DNA from: Steroidobacteraceae bacterium
GTDB taxonomy: Bacteria > Pseudomonadota > Gammaproteobacteria > Steroidobacterales > Steroidobacteraceae
DNA length: 64,000 nt
NCBI GenBank assembly: GCA_032127975.1
Contig: JAQBHG010000036.1
Coordinates: 475 to 64,474 of the forward strand
Direction: 5' to 3'
Part shown: piece by piece, positions 46,072-55,811 of the stretch
Layout of the letters: the number at the start of each line of letters is the position of its first letter
Numbering within the stretch: position 1 is the stretch's first letter
Made by a program: the position numbers and the translations under genes
Notes under the pieces: generated by a model
Told to the model about the DNA's origin: nothing
Database searches by the model: none
The model's input: the letters and a program-made list of their open reading frames with translations, nothing else

Positions 46072-48474
46072 ATGAGCGACCGCGCGAACACGGACGCAGC
46101 ACGCGTTTATCGCTTCGCCGGCTGCCTGCTGGATATCGGGCGGCGCTCGCTGCATCGCGATCGGCTGTCGATCGAACTGCAGCCCAAGGCATTCGATCTG
46201 CTCGCCTACCTGGTCGAGCATCGCGATCGCGCAGTCGACAAGGACGAGTTGCAGGCCGCCATCTGGCCCAACGTCATCGTGACCGAAGCATCGCTGACGA
46301 AGGCAGTGCAACGGGCGCGTCTTGCCGTCGGCGACGACTCCGATCGTCAGTCGGTCATCCGAACGGTTCACGGCCATGGGTATCGGTTCGTCGCCGAGTT
46401 GGCGGAACCCGAGCTGCTGCCCGAGCCTGCTGCCGTGCATGCCGCAACGCAGCAACCGCTGACGGACACAACGACGGCACCAAGGAATACACTTTGGCGC
46501 TGGCCTGTCTGGATTGCCGTCGCAGCTCTGACGCTGGTGATCGGTTACGGGTCATTCCGCTTTGGCGTGCAGACCGCGGTCCCCAGCCCGGCCCGAATCG
46601 CGGTGCTCCCGATCGAGAACGGAACCGGCGATAGCGAGCTCGACTGGACGCGGCTCGGGCTCATGAGCGTGATGGCCGAAAGTCTGCGCAAGTCGAGCTT
46701 GCGTGTCGTCGACGACGGCAATGTCGCGCGACTCGCCAGCGTGCAGGCAAGCGGGGGCGAGGCGCTCGGCGCTGACTGGCTGCGCCAGACTCTTCGTCAG
46801 GCTCACGGCGCCACCCACCTGCTGTCCGCGCGCCTCGAGCGCGACGGGAACGTCTACCGGATTCGCGTGTCCGTGAGCGGCGTAGACCGCGGGCACGACG
46901 ATGCACTGTTCACGGGCCAGAACCTGCTGCAACTCGCTCGCGACGCGGCTGAGCGCATTGCATTGAAAGTCCAGAACGCACAGCCTTCGCCGCGCGCCGC
47001 CGGCGCCATATCCGACGACCCGTACGTCAATGAATCCTACGCTCGCGGCCGCGCACTCGAACTGGAAGGACGCTGCGCTGACGCACAGGCTCTTTTCGCC
47101 GCGGCGATAATCCAGCAGCCGCAACTGCTCGAACCCAAGATTGCCTACGCATCCTGCGCACGAATTCTCGGTCAAGCCGAGGAGGCGGAGCGGGTGTTGC
47201 GCGAAGTGCTCCAGGACATCGGCAAGCGAGATCCGGCAGCGCCTGCGACTCGCAACCTGAAGGCAACGGCGCTGCTGCGGCTAGGCATCGTACTGAATCG
47301 CACCGGCCGACTGGAGGAATCGGACCGCACCTACGCAGAAGCGGAAACACTTGCGCGCGAGCTGGCGGACCCGGATCTGGTGGGCCTAATCCTAGTCAAT
47401 CGCGCCTTCATTGCCGAGGACCGCAGCCAGTTCGTCCTGGCGCGCGAGCACCTGTTGCGCGCACTGAGCTATTTTCAGGAGGCCAGGCGATCGATCATTC
47501 CCGGGAATCTGTACGCGGCACTGGCGAATATCGCCATCGACGAAGGCCAGCTCGAGGACGCCGATCGCAATTATGCACGGGCGATAGAGACTTTTCGGCA
47601 GGTCGGCGACCGGCGCAACGAAGCGATGATGCTTAACAACCAGGGCCTGCTGAAGCGCGAGCAGGGGCAGCTTGGCGACGCCGAGGCGCTGCACAAGGCG
47701 TCACGCGAGATTCGCGAGCAATTGGGCGACCGGCAGGGCCTCGGACGAGTCGATGACATGCTCGGCATGGTCCACCTGGCGCGCGGCGAATTCGATGCGG
47801 CATTGCCGCGATTCGAAAGCGCGCTCGCGATTGCGCGCGAGGGCCGCGACCGGTTTTTCGAGGCGGTGACGCTCGGAGATCGTGGCGACCTTTACCTCGC
47901 GAGCGGGAAGCTGGACGCGGCGCAACGCGACCTGACGGCGGCAGTCGACATTTTCTCAGAGCTCGGCAATCGTTCGTATTACCTGCAGCTGTCGGCCAGG
48001 CTGGCCGATATCGAACGTCAACGCGGCAGATTCGACGCGGCCGAGCGCGCCGCCGGAGTGATCCTGGCGGCAGCCAGGAACGAGAAGCTGGATATCGTCG
48101 AGATTGAGGCGTTGAACCTGTCGGCGCGAATTGCCGCAGATCGCGGCGACCGGGCCATGCGTATCAAGCGCTTGCGTGAGGCGCTCGAGCGGGCGCGTGC
48201 CGTGGGACATCAGGGCGAGACGATGACCGCCTCGATCGACCTGGCGCAAGCGTATCTCGACACGAACGAAATCTTCGCGGCGGAGCCCCTGATGGGGACC
48301 CTGGTTGACGCGCCGGAGTCCTACGATCTGATGCGCCTGCGCGCCGCGTGGGCGTTCGCGCGCCAGGACGCAATCGGCGCCACCCAAGCCATGCGACGCG
48401 CGCAAGCCCTCGCGGGGCAGCGCTGGTCAAGGGCCGACGCCGCCCTGCTTGAGCGCTACCACAGCGGTGCCTGA
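46072..48474 (+). CDS. CadC/OmpR-type winged-helix DNA-binding domain, single TM helix, large TPR-repeat domain
   Basis: N-terminal LQPKAFDLLAYLVEHRDRAVDKDELQAAIWP...VHGHGYRF, a TM helix WRWPVWIAVAALTLVIGYGSF, then many TPR-like repeats. Confidence 0.8.
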   Translation: MSDRANTDAARVYRFAGCLLDIGRRSLHRDRLSIELQPKAFDLLAYLVEHRDRAVDKDELQAAIWPNVIVTEASLTKAVQRARLAVGDDSDRQSVIRTVHGHGYRFVAELAEPELLPEPAAVHAATQQPLTDTTTAPRNTLWRWPVWIAVAALTLVIGYGSFRFGVQTAVPSPARIAVLPIENGTGDSELDWTRLGLMSVMAESLRKSSLRVVDDGNVARLASVQASGGEALGADWLRQTLRQAHGATHLLSARLERDGNVYRIRVSVSGVDRGHDDALFTGQNLLQLARDAAERIALKVQNAQPSPRAAGAISDDPYVNESYARGRALELEGRCADAQALFAAAIIQQPQLLEPKIAYASCARILGQAEEAERVLREVLQDIGKRDPAAPATRNLKATALLRLGIVLNRTGRLEESDRTYAEAETLARELADPDLVGLILVNRAFIAEDRSQFVLAREHLLRALSYFQEARRSIIPGNLYAALANIAIDEGQLEDADRNYARAIETFRQVGDRRNEAMMLNNQGLLKREQGQLGDAEALHKASREIREQLGDRQGLGRVDDMLGMVHLARGEFDAALPRFESALAIAREGRDRFFEAVTLGDRGDLYLASGKLDAAQRDLTAAVDIFSELGNRSYYLQLSARLADIERQRGRFDAAERAAGVILAAARNEKLDIVEIEALNLSARIAADRGDRAMRIKRLREALERARAVGHQGETMTASIDLAQAYLDTNEIFAAEPLMGTLVDAPESYDLMRLRAAWAFARQDAIGATQAMRRAQALAGQRWSRADAALLERYHSGA

Positions 48475-48819
48475 CACCAGCCGTCATGCTCGCGTAAGTC
48501 TGCAATGAAACATCGTGAGAAGTGGCTGCCTGCACGTGGTCGCGCGCCCACGAAGCTTGCCCGCGCGGCGTGCAGAAGGAAAGGATGCGCGGTTTCAAGG
48601 CTTTCATCGTCGGCGAGAAGCCTGTACCGGGCGACGGCGCAGTTGCATGCGATCGAAAAGCCAAGGGTATTCAAGAGGAGCGGATTAGGTAGCTCCCGGC
48701 TTGCGCATCATGCATCTCAGCGAGCCGGAAAGCTTCGAGTGGCTGCCGGACGCAATGCGAACAGGACGGATAAGAAGCTTCTTTGTCAGCTTGTCTGTCA
48801 GCGCCAAGTGCCACGTAGC

Positions 48820-48840
48820 CGGCGAACCGGGGGTTCGCCG
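48820..48840. repeat. perfect 9-bp-stem inverted repeat (cggcgaacc ggg ggttcgccg)
   Basis: Read directly from the sequence. Lies in the gene-less spacer and has no following T-tract. Confidence 0.6.
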
Positions 48841-49180
48841 CCCCGATTCCCCCTTTGCCTGGATTGCGGGCGCCCTGAGTCTGCGTCGCGGACAGCGTCG
48901 GCGTGCCGTTGCGCTCCCATTTCGCTTCCCGGCCGCGCCGCGCTGCACCGAATGCCGCGTACGCCGCCGCGAGTCGCGAACGTCGAGGAGTTCGCGAATC
49001 AGAATAGCGACGCCCGCAGTCGTGCACGCGCCCCGACTGCTGAGACCGATGCAGCCCCCGCACGCCGCTTCCGCCGGTGGGCCATGATCCGCTGTAAACG
49101 GCGGATCGACGTTCTCCGAAACGGTCGCAGTAACTTTTCTGACCTTAGGAGGGAAAGGTCCGGAACTCGGCGTCGACGCG

Positions 49181-51913
49181 CTACGCGATCGCGGCCCTCT
49201 GCACCCGCTGCGGCTGCGAGATGCCGTAGCCCTGGGCATAGTCGACGCCGAGGCCGCGCAGCACCTCGACGATCTCGGCATTCTCGGCCCATTCGGCGAT
49301 CGTCTTCTTGCCGGTCAGGTGGCCGATTTCGTTGATCGAACGCACCATCTCGCGGTCGATCGGGTCGTGCAGCAGCCCCTTGACGAAGCTGCCGTCAATC
49401 TTCAGGAAATCCACCGGGAAATGCTTCAGGTAGCCGAATGAAGACAGCCCGGTGCCGAAATCGTCCAGCGCGAACTTGCAGCCGAGTTCCTTCAGCGCCT
49501 GGATGAAGCGGCTGGCCTGTGAGAAATTGGCAATCGCCGCCGTTTCCGTGATCTCGAAGCAGATCTTGCTGCCGTCAATGCCGCTCCTGTGGAACTGTTC
49601 GATCACGAATGGCAGAAACTTGTCGTCGCCGAGGCTCTGGCCGGACAGATTGATGGAGCACATCGTCAGGCGCCGGCGTTCGTCGGCTTCGGAAACCAGC
49701 CACCGGAATGCGCTGTCGATGACCCAGCGGTCGATGGAGGGCGTGATGCCATAACGCTCGGCGGCCGCGATGAACTGGTCCGGAGCGACGATCTTGCCGC
49801 TCTCGTCCCGCATCCTGAGCAGCAGCTCGAAATGCTCGCCGGCGTCCTCGACCTGCAGCGGCTGGATCGTCATGCGGAACAGCTCGAAGCGCGACTCCTC
49901 GAGCGCGTTGTTGATCCGCGCGGCCCATTGCATCTCGCGGCGGCGCCGCATCAGGTCGATGTCGTTTTCCTCGAAGCAATGCACGCGGTTACGTCCCGAT
50001 TCCTTGGCCGCTCCGCAGGCGGAGTCCGCTGCCGACAGGACCGAAGCCACGTCCTCGTTCTCGGCGGTGATCGGCACCACCCCGAGCGATGCGCCGAGGC
50101 GGAATGTGCGGTCTTCCCAGGTGTAGCGGAAGTTGCGGATCGACTCGCGCAGGGTCTCGGCAGTCCGCAGCGCTTCTTCCAGCGAGCAGCTTTCCAGCAG
50201 CACGCCGAACTCGTCGCCGCCCAGACGCGCCAGCGTGTCGCGCCAGCGCACCTTCGATTTCAGCAGCGCGCCGACCTGCCCGAGCAGCGCGTCGCCCGCG
50301 CTGTGACCGCAGGTGTCATTGACGATCTTGAACTGGTCGATGTCGATGTAGCACAGCGCGTACGAGGTCTCGCGCGCCTTGGCGCTCTTCAGCGCCCTCT
50401 CCAGCCGCGTCTCGAATTCGCGCCTGTTCACGAGGCCGGTCAGCACGTCATGACTCGCGTGATACGACAGCCGGCGGTTCAGCTCGCGCGATTCCGACAC
50501 GTCATGGAACACGAGCACGCCGCCGGTAACCGTGCCGCTGCCGTCGCGGATCGGCGAGGCAGTGCTTTCGATGTACAACTCATTACCGTCGCGGCGGATC
50601 AGCAGCATCGGCCGCACCGACTTGATGGAACGGATGCGCCGCACCGCGACCGCGAGCGGATTCTCCAGAGGCTCGCAGGTTTCCTCATGGAATGCCCTGA
50701 AGATCTCGTCGATGGTGCGGCCCAGGCTGTCCTCGAGTCGCCAGCCGGTCAGCTCCTCGGCGACAGGGTTCAGGTACTCGACCCGGCCGTGCGCGTCGCA
50801 GGTGATCACGCCGTCTCCGATCGACTGCAGCGTGATCTGGGCGCTTTCCTTTTCGCGGAACAGCGCTTCCTCATAAAGTTTTCGCTCGGTGATGTCGAGT
50901 TCGACGCCGATCAACCTGCGCAGGCGCCCCTGGTCGTCGACGCGCGCGCGGGCCCGCCCGACGACCCAGCGCCATTCGCCATCCGTGTGCTTGAGACGGT
51001 GCACGCTCTCGAACATCGGCGTCTTGCCGGCAATGTGATCGCGCATCGACGCAGAGACGCGCGCGAGATCTTCCGGGTGCACCATGCGGTGCCAGTCCGG
51101 GGACGTGATGACGTCATCTTCGGCGAAGCCGAGCATGGCTTTCCAGCGCGGCGAGAACCAGGTGCGGTTTCCCTGGGCATCGTAATCCCAGAGCCCGTCA
51201 TTCGCGCAAGGCAGCGCCATTTCCTGGCGCTCCTGCACGTCGGCCAGGCGGTCGGCCAGCGAGATCTTCTCGAGGCCGGTGGCGAGACTCGTGCCCACCA
51301 GCTTCAGCAGCAGGTGCAGATTGACGTCCCAGCCGTCGCGCGGCGTGGACGAGGCGAATGCGAGAAATCCGCGCACGGTTCCCTGTACCGCGAACGCGAT
51401 CAGGAGCAGCGAACGGATGTCGAGACCGGCAAGCCGGGCGGCGTCGCTCGCCTGCTCGGGACGCACGCCGACGGTATCGCGGATCTCGAGGATGCGGACA
51501 TGTTCGAGCCGGGAACGGATCCAGGGCAGCGCCTCCAGGTGCTCGCCCTTCAGCACTTCGGGCCGGCATTGGGCGAATGGCCCCTTGGAGGTTGCGAGCG
51601 AGTCGATGCGCTCGCCATGACCGTCGAGCAGTGCCAGGAAAACCGCGTCGGTATTGGTCGCCTCGCGCAGGACGTCGAGGTTCAGGCGGATCACCGCATC
51701 GGCATTGCCGGCGCTGATGTTCTGGAAGTCGACCGCGACCTTGGTGCAGGTGATGTCAATCCCGAGCGGCGGGCGTTCTGCCCGCTGCTGCCACAACTTC
51801 GGCGACAGGATGTCCGAAGCGGTGAACTCGGGAAACGATTCGCCTTGCACCGTAGGTACCCGGATTGGATTCCCCTGAATTCCCTGCAGTCTGTCAGCTT
51901 GGGTTTTGCCCAC
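49181..51913 (-). CDS. GAF/PAS-PAS sensor diguanylate cyclase/phosphodiesterase (GGDEF-EAL)
   Basis: RLGGDEFGVLL, plus the EAL-domain motifs EITETAAI, DDFGTGLSS and QGYGISQP. Two PAS-like segments lie upstream. Confidence 0.9.
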   Translation of the reverse strand: MGKTQADRLQGIQGNPIRVPTVQGESFPEFTASDILSPKLWQQRAERPPLGIDITCTKVAVDFQNISAGNADAVIRLNLDVLREATNTDAVFLALLDGHGERIDSLATSKGPFAQCRPEVLKGEHLEALPWIRSRLEHVRILEIRDTVGVRPEQASDAARLAGLDIRSLLLIAFAVQGTVRGFLAFASSTPRDGWDVNLHLLLKLVGTSLATGLEKISLADRLADVQERQEMALPCANDGLWDYDAQGNRTWFSPRWKAMLGFAEDDVITSPDWHRMVHPEDLARVSASMRDHIAGKTPMFESVHRLKHTDGEWRWVVGRARARVDDQGRLRRLIGVELDITERKLYEEALFREKESAQITLQSIGDGVITCDAHGRVEYLNPVAEELTGWRLEDSLGRTIDEIFRAFHEETCEPLENPLAVAVRRIRSIKSVRPMLLIRRDGNELYIESTASPIRDGSGTVTGGVLVFHDVSESRELNRRLSYHASHDVLTGLVNRREFETRLERALKSAKARETSYALCYIDIDQFKIVNDTCGHSAGDALLGQVGALLKSKVRWRDTLARLGGDEFGVLLESCSLEEALRTAETLRESIRNFRYTWEDRTFRLGASLGVVPITAENEDVASVLSAADSACGAAKESGRNRVHCFEENDIDLMRRRREMQWAARINNALEESRFELFRMTIQPLQVEDAGEHFELLLRMRDESGKIVAPDQFIAAAERYGITPSIDRWVIDSAFRWLVSEADERRRLTMCSINLSGQSLGDDKFLPFVIEQFHRSGIDGSKICFEITETAAIANFSQASRFIQALKELGCKFALDDFGTGLSSFGYLKHFPVDFLKIDGSFVKGLLHDPIDREMVRSINEIGHLTGKKTIAEWAENAEIVEVLRGLGVDYAQGYGISQPQRVQRAAIA

Positions 51914-52063
51914 CGTAGGAACCAGTTAACGGTTCAGGCCTTCCCGCCCCACAGGTACTTGCGCCGCATTTTGTCAGAAACCCTGAGGAATGCAAGGTAA
52001 GCACATGTATTTGCTATAATCTCGTCACCTCCTCGCACACTCGCACAGGCGCATTGCGGGCGA

Positions 52064-53050
52064 TCAGCCCGGGGGAACGATTTTTCCCGACTTGACGACG
52101 TGCGGGTTGCCTTGCGCGTCGCGCTGGACTTTCCAGCGCCGGTAGTTCCACAGCCATTCCGGCGGGCATTCACGGGTGAGCGCTTCGACGGCGGTTGCGT
52201 AGCGTTCGATCAGCTCACCCGGCGCCAGCTCCTCGCCGGCGGCGGCCAACGGCACAAACTCCACTCGGTAGCGGCCACGCGCCACGCGCCGCATCGCCAG
52301 ATACCAGACCGGCAGGCGGGCTCCGCGCGCAATTACCTCCGGCCCGATGAAGAACGCGGTGTCGAGCCCCATGAATCGCGTGAAGTAGCGCACCGCCGAT
52401 GACGTCGGGGCCTGATCGGCCACGATTGCGACGATGCGCGCCGGGCCGCGGTAACGCAGCACGCGCATCAAGAGCTTGCGCGCCGGAATCATTTCGGCTC
52501 CGAAGCGCGAGCGGATGGTCAGCATCAGGCGGTCACCGAACCGTCCTCTCAGCGGCTTGTAGGCGGCGTGAATCGGGTGACCCATGCCGATCGAGAGCTT
52601 GAGCAGGGTCCATTCCCAATTGCAGTTGTGAGACGTGACAACAATGATCGACTGGCCGGAATCGAGCGCTTCGCGAGCCGCCTCCGAACTGTCGAGCGTC
52701 ACGCGCCTGTCGATCTCGTTCGGCGCAATCGTCGCCGCTTTGACGATCTCTGCCGCCACGCTGCCGAAGCTCCGGTAGAAGGCGTGCCGCGTGGCCCGGA
52801 CCCAGTCGGCATCACGGTCCGGAAAACAGGCGGCGAGCTGCATGTCGATGATTTCAAGCCGGTTGCGCGCCACGTATTCCGCGAGCCATGCGCAGATTGC
52901 CGCAATGGCATACCAGACCGGCAATGGCAGCGACGACAGCGCCCACAGCCATGCGGGTAGGCGTTTGAAGGGCACGCGATACTCGGAGTCGACCGAGCGG
53001 CGCCGGGGACGTGGGCCGCGTGCCTTGTGGATCTGCGATGGTAGCGACAT
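52064..53050 (-). CDS. LpxL/HtrB-family lysophospholipid (lipid A) acyltransferase
   Basis: N-terminal TM helix, HNCNWEW (HX4E-type) motif, family-typical length. Start taken at the ATG at 53050. Confidence 0.7.
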   Translation of the reverse strand: MSLPSQIHKARGPRPRRRSVDSEYRVPFKRLPAWLWALSSLPLPVWYAIAAICAWLAEYVARNRLEIIDMQLAACFPDRDADWVRATRHAFYRSFGSVAAEIVKAATIAPNEIDRRVTLDSSEAAREALDSGQSIIVVTSHNCNWEWTLLKLSIGMGHPIHAAYKPLRGRFGDRLMLTIRSRFGAEMIPARKLLMRVLRYRGPARIVAIVADQAPTSSAVRYFTRFMGLDTAFFIGPEVIARGARLPVWYLAMRRVARGRYRVEFVPLAAAGEELAPGELIERYATAVEALTRECPPEWLWNYRRWKVQRDAQGNPHVVKSGKIVPPG

Positions 53051-53130
53051 TCCGCGGCGCAGCTTACCGGAACCGCCGCGCAGGCGGCACCGCCGGTGGA
53101 TCGGCATGCGGCCACCCGGCGACGCGTCCC

Positions 53131-54207
53131 TCAGCTGCCGGGCAGCCCGAGCGCCAATTCGATGGCCTGCCAGGATATGTACTTGAAGTCCTGGTGCTCG
53201 GAAGGATCCAGATTCAGGCCGTCCTGGACGACCAGCAGGCCGCTCGGGAATTGCGGACCCAATGGCCGGCTCGTGACGTCAATACCGTCAGTATCGGAAA
53301 CGCCATCGATGCCCCTGGCGGCATCGGCCACGATATAGAAAATGCCGACGAACGCGTTCGCGCCTTCGCGCCGGTAAATAGCGAAGTTGCTCGCGCCCTG
53401 ATTCGACAACACCACGTAGCCGCTGCCACCCGGGCCGTACCAGATCGTGACGCCTTCGAGATCCGCCTTGAGTCCATTGGCTCCGCCCACGCGGTCGATC
53501 TCCGTTCGCGTCGCGCCGCCGCCGGGCTCGGCGGAATATCGCCAGAGGGCGCCGCCCTCCTCGGCTACATACAGATACCCGAGTTCGTCGTCCGCTGCGC
53601 AGCCCTCGGCGGGGCCGCCGACGTTGAATTCACGCACCAGTTCCGCTCCGAGCTGGCCACCGTCATCGCTTAGTTGCCACTGCTGGAATGCGCCGACGCC
53701 GGAGTCGTCGACGAACACGAAAAAAGCGCCGGTCACCGCGCTCTCGTACATGCAGAGGCCGTCGGGATCCCCGAGTCCGGTCGGCACCGCTGGCCCGGCG
53801 CTGGTGAGCTGGCGCGTCGCCGGGTTCAGCAGGTAGAGCGCGATGCTGTCGTTGCTGCGATTGCTCGCGGCAATCACGGTCACGCCGAGTCCTCCCAGCA
53901 TGAAATCGTCGCGCAGATCCACATTGTTCAGGCGTCCGTCAGGCAACTCCTGCAACAGCCGCCCTTCGAGGTCATAGACGTTGAGACCCTTGTCTTTGTC
54001 TGTCCCAATGACCAGGCTCAACAAGGGATCGGTCGGGTGGACCCAGATCACGGGATCGTCCGCTGCATCGCCCGAGGATGCGACTGGCGGGGTTTCGAGA
54101 ACGGCCTGGACAGTGTGTGCATTGGCGGGCGCCATTTCCGTGGGCTCGGTCCGCGGGCAGCCGGCCGCGGCCAACAGGGCCATTAGCACAAAGACTCGCT
54201 GGAACAT
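53131..54207 (-). CDS. beta-propeller phytase (3-phytase), lipoprotein
   Basis: Lipobox LLAAAGC, DDPVIWVHP, GTDKDKGLNVYDL. Confidence 0.8.
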   Translation of the reverse strand: MFQRVFVLMALLAAAGCPRTEPTEMAPANAHTVQAVLETPPVASSGDAADDPVIWVHPTDPLLSLVIGTDKDKGLNVYDLEGRLLQELPDGRLNNVDLRDDFMLGGLGVTVIAASNRSNDSIALYLLNPATRQLTSAGPAVPTGLGDPDGLCMYESAVTGAFFVFVDDSGVGAFQQWQLSDDGGQLGAELVREFNVGGPAEGCAADDELGYLYVAEEGGALWRYSAEPGGGATRTEIDRVGGANGLKADLEGVTIWYGPGGSGYVVLSNQGASNFAIYRREGANAFVGIFYIVADAARGIDGVSDTDGIDVTSRPLGPQFPSGLLVVQDGLNLDPSEHQDFKYISWQAIELALGLPGS

Positions 54208-54302
54208 GGCTCACTCCTGCCGGGAGAACGCAATGATGTGACTATGGCGGCAGATCGCGCGACAATCCAGCGGGTATCGACGCCGAATGACGACAGTGGG
54301 CG

Positions 54303-55811
54303 GTGACCATGACAGGAAAACCGGAACAATTCGGTCATTACATTGGTGGCCGGCGCGTCGTGGGTGCCAGCGGACGCTCCGCACCCGTGTTCAATCCGGC
54401 GCTTGGCGTCGCGACGACGCAGGTTGCGCTCGCCTCGGCGGGCGAGACCCGCATTGCCGTCGCCGCCGCCCGCGCAGCGCTGCCGGATTGGTCCGATACG
54501 CCTGCGCTGCGACGCGCACGCGTGTTGTTCCGCTTCCGCGACCTGATCGAGCGGCATTCCGAGGAAATCGCCGGGATCCTGACGCGCGAGCACGGCAAGG
54601 TGCTCGCGGATGCACGTGGCGAAGTTACGCGCGGCCTGGAGATCGTCGAATTCGCCTGCGGCATCCCGCATTTGCTGAAGGGCGAATACAGCGATGCCGT
54701 CGGGCGTGGCATTGACAGCTGGTCCCTGCGCCAGCCGGTCGGAGTCTGCGCGGGCATCACGCCCTTCAACTTCCCGGCGATGGTGCCGATGTGGATGTTC
54801 CCGATCGCCATCGCCTGCGGCAACACATTCGTGCTGAAGCCCTCCGAGAAGGACCCCGGCTGCCCGCTGCGCCTGGCGGAACTCCTGACCGAGGCCGGCG
54901 CGCCACCCGGCGTGCTGAATGTCGTCAATGGGGATCGCGAGGCCGTGGACACGCTGCTGGCCGATCCGGGCGTGGATGCGATCAGCTTCGTCGGCTCGAC
55001 GCCGGTCGCCGAGCATGTGTTCCGGACCGGCTCCAATCATGGCAAGCGCGTGCAGGCGCTGGGTGGTGCGAAGAACCACATGGTCGTGATGCCGGATGCG
55101 GATCCCGCAGGTGCAGCCCATGCGCTGACAGGTGCCGCCTACGGTTCCGCCGGCGAGCGCTGCATGGCGATCTCGGTCGCGGTCGCCGTCGGCGATGCCG
55201 GAGACCGGCTTATCGAGGCGCTCAAGAAGGAACTCGCCGCGATCCGCGTGCTGCCAGGTACAGCCGAGGGCGCCGACATGGGCCCGCTGGTGACACGGGA
55301 GCATCTCGACCGCGTGCTCGGATATGTGACGACCGGCGTGCAGGAAGGCGCAAAGCTCGTCGTGGACGGCCGTACGCACAAGGTCGCCGGCCACGAGCGC
55401 GGCTTCTTCATGGGACCCGTCCTGTTCGACGCGGTGACCCCAGCGATGCGAATCTACCGCGAGGAGATATTTGGCCCGGTGCTCGTGGTCGTGCGCGTGC
55501 CTGATCTCGACGCGGCGCTCGAGCTGGTGGATCGCCACGAGTACGGGAATGGCACGGCGATATTCACCCGTGATGGTGGCGCTGCCCGTGAATTTTGCCG
55601 TCGTGTTTCGGCAGGCATGGTGGGCATCAACGTCCCGATTCCCGTACCCATGGCATTTCACAGCTTTGGCGGCTGGAAACGCTCGCTGTTCGGTCCCCTG
55701 CACATGCACGGACCGGATGGCGTGCGCTTCTACACGCGGCTCAAGACCGTGACGGCGCGCTGGCCCACCGACTCCAGGGGCGCCGAATTCACGATGCCGA
55801 CGATGAAGTAA
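54303..55811 (+). CDS. mmsA: CoA-acylating methylmalonate-semialdehyde dehydrogenase
   Basis: [31 protein letters not shown] and catalytic GERCMA. Confidence 0.9.
   Translation: MTMTGKPEQFGHYIGGRRVVGASGRSAPVFNPALGVATTQVALASAGETRIAVAAARAALPDWSDTPALRRARVLFRFRDLIERHSEEIAGILTREHGKVLADARGEVTRGLEIVEFACGIPHLLKGEYSDAVGRGIDSWSLRQPVGVCAGITPFNFPAMVPMWMFPIAIACGNTFVLKPSEKDPGCPLRLAELLTEAGAPPGVLNVVNGDREAVDTLLADPGVDAISFVGSTPVAEHVFRTGSNHGKRVQALGGAKNHMVVMPDADPAGAAHALTGAAYGSAGERCMAISVAVAVGDAGDRLIEALKKELAAIRVLPGTAEGADMGPLVTREHLDRVLGYVTTGVQEGAKLVVDGRTHKVAGHERGFFMGPVLFDAVTPAMRIYREEIFGPVLVVVRVPDLDAALELVDRHEYGNGTAIFTRDGGAAREFCRRVSAGMVGINVPIPVPMAFHSFGGWKRSLFGPLHMHGPDGVRFYTRLKTVTARWPTDSRGAEFTMPTMK

Noticed and set aside
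48701-49087. 128-aa plus-strand ORF (and the 130-aa minus-strand ORF 48671-49063) in the gene-less spacer
   Set aside because: The first ~60 residues look protein-like, but the rest is poly-Arg/Pro. There are no motifs and no clear GC3 advantage over competing frames. Left uncalled and flagged as a finding instead.
49589-52000. 803-aa ORF on the plus strand
   Set aside because: It lies antisense to the GGDEF-EAL gene, whose motifs are clear on the minus strand.
52015-52020. Perfect TATAAT hexamer on the plus strand
   Set aside because: No acceptable -35 element lies at 17 +/- 1 nt, and there is no plus-strand gene downstream. It is probably fortuitous in this slightly AT-richer intergenic region.
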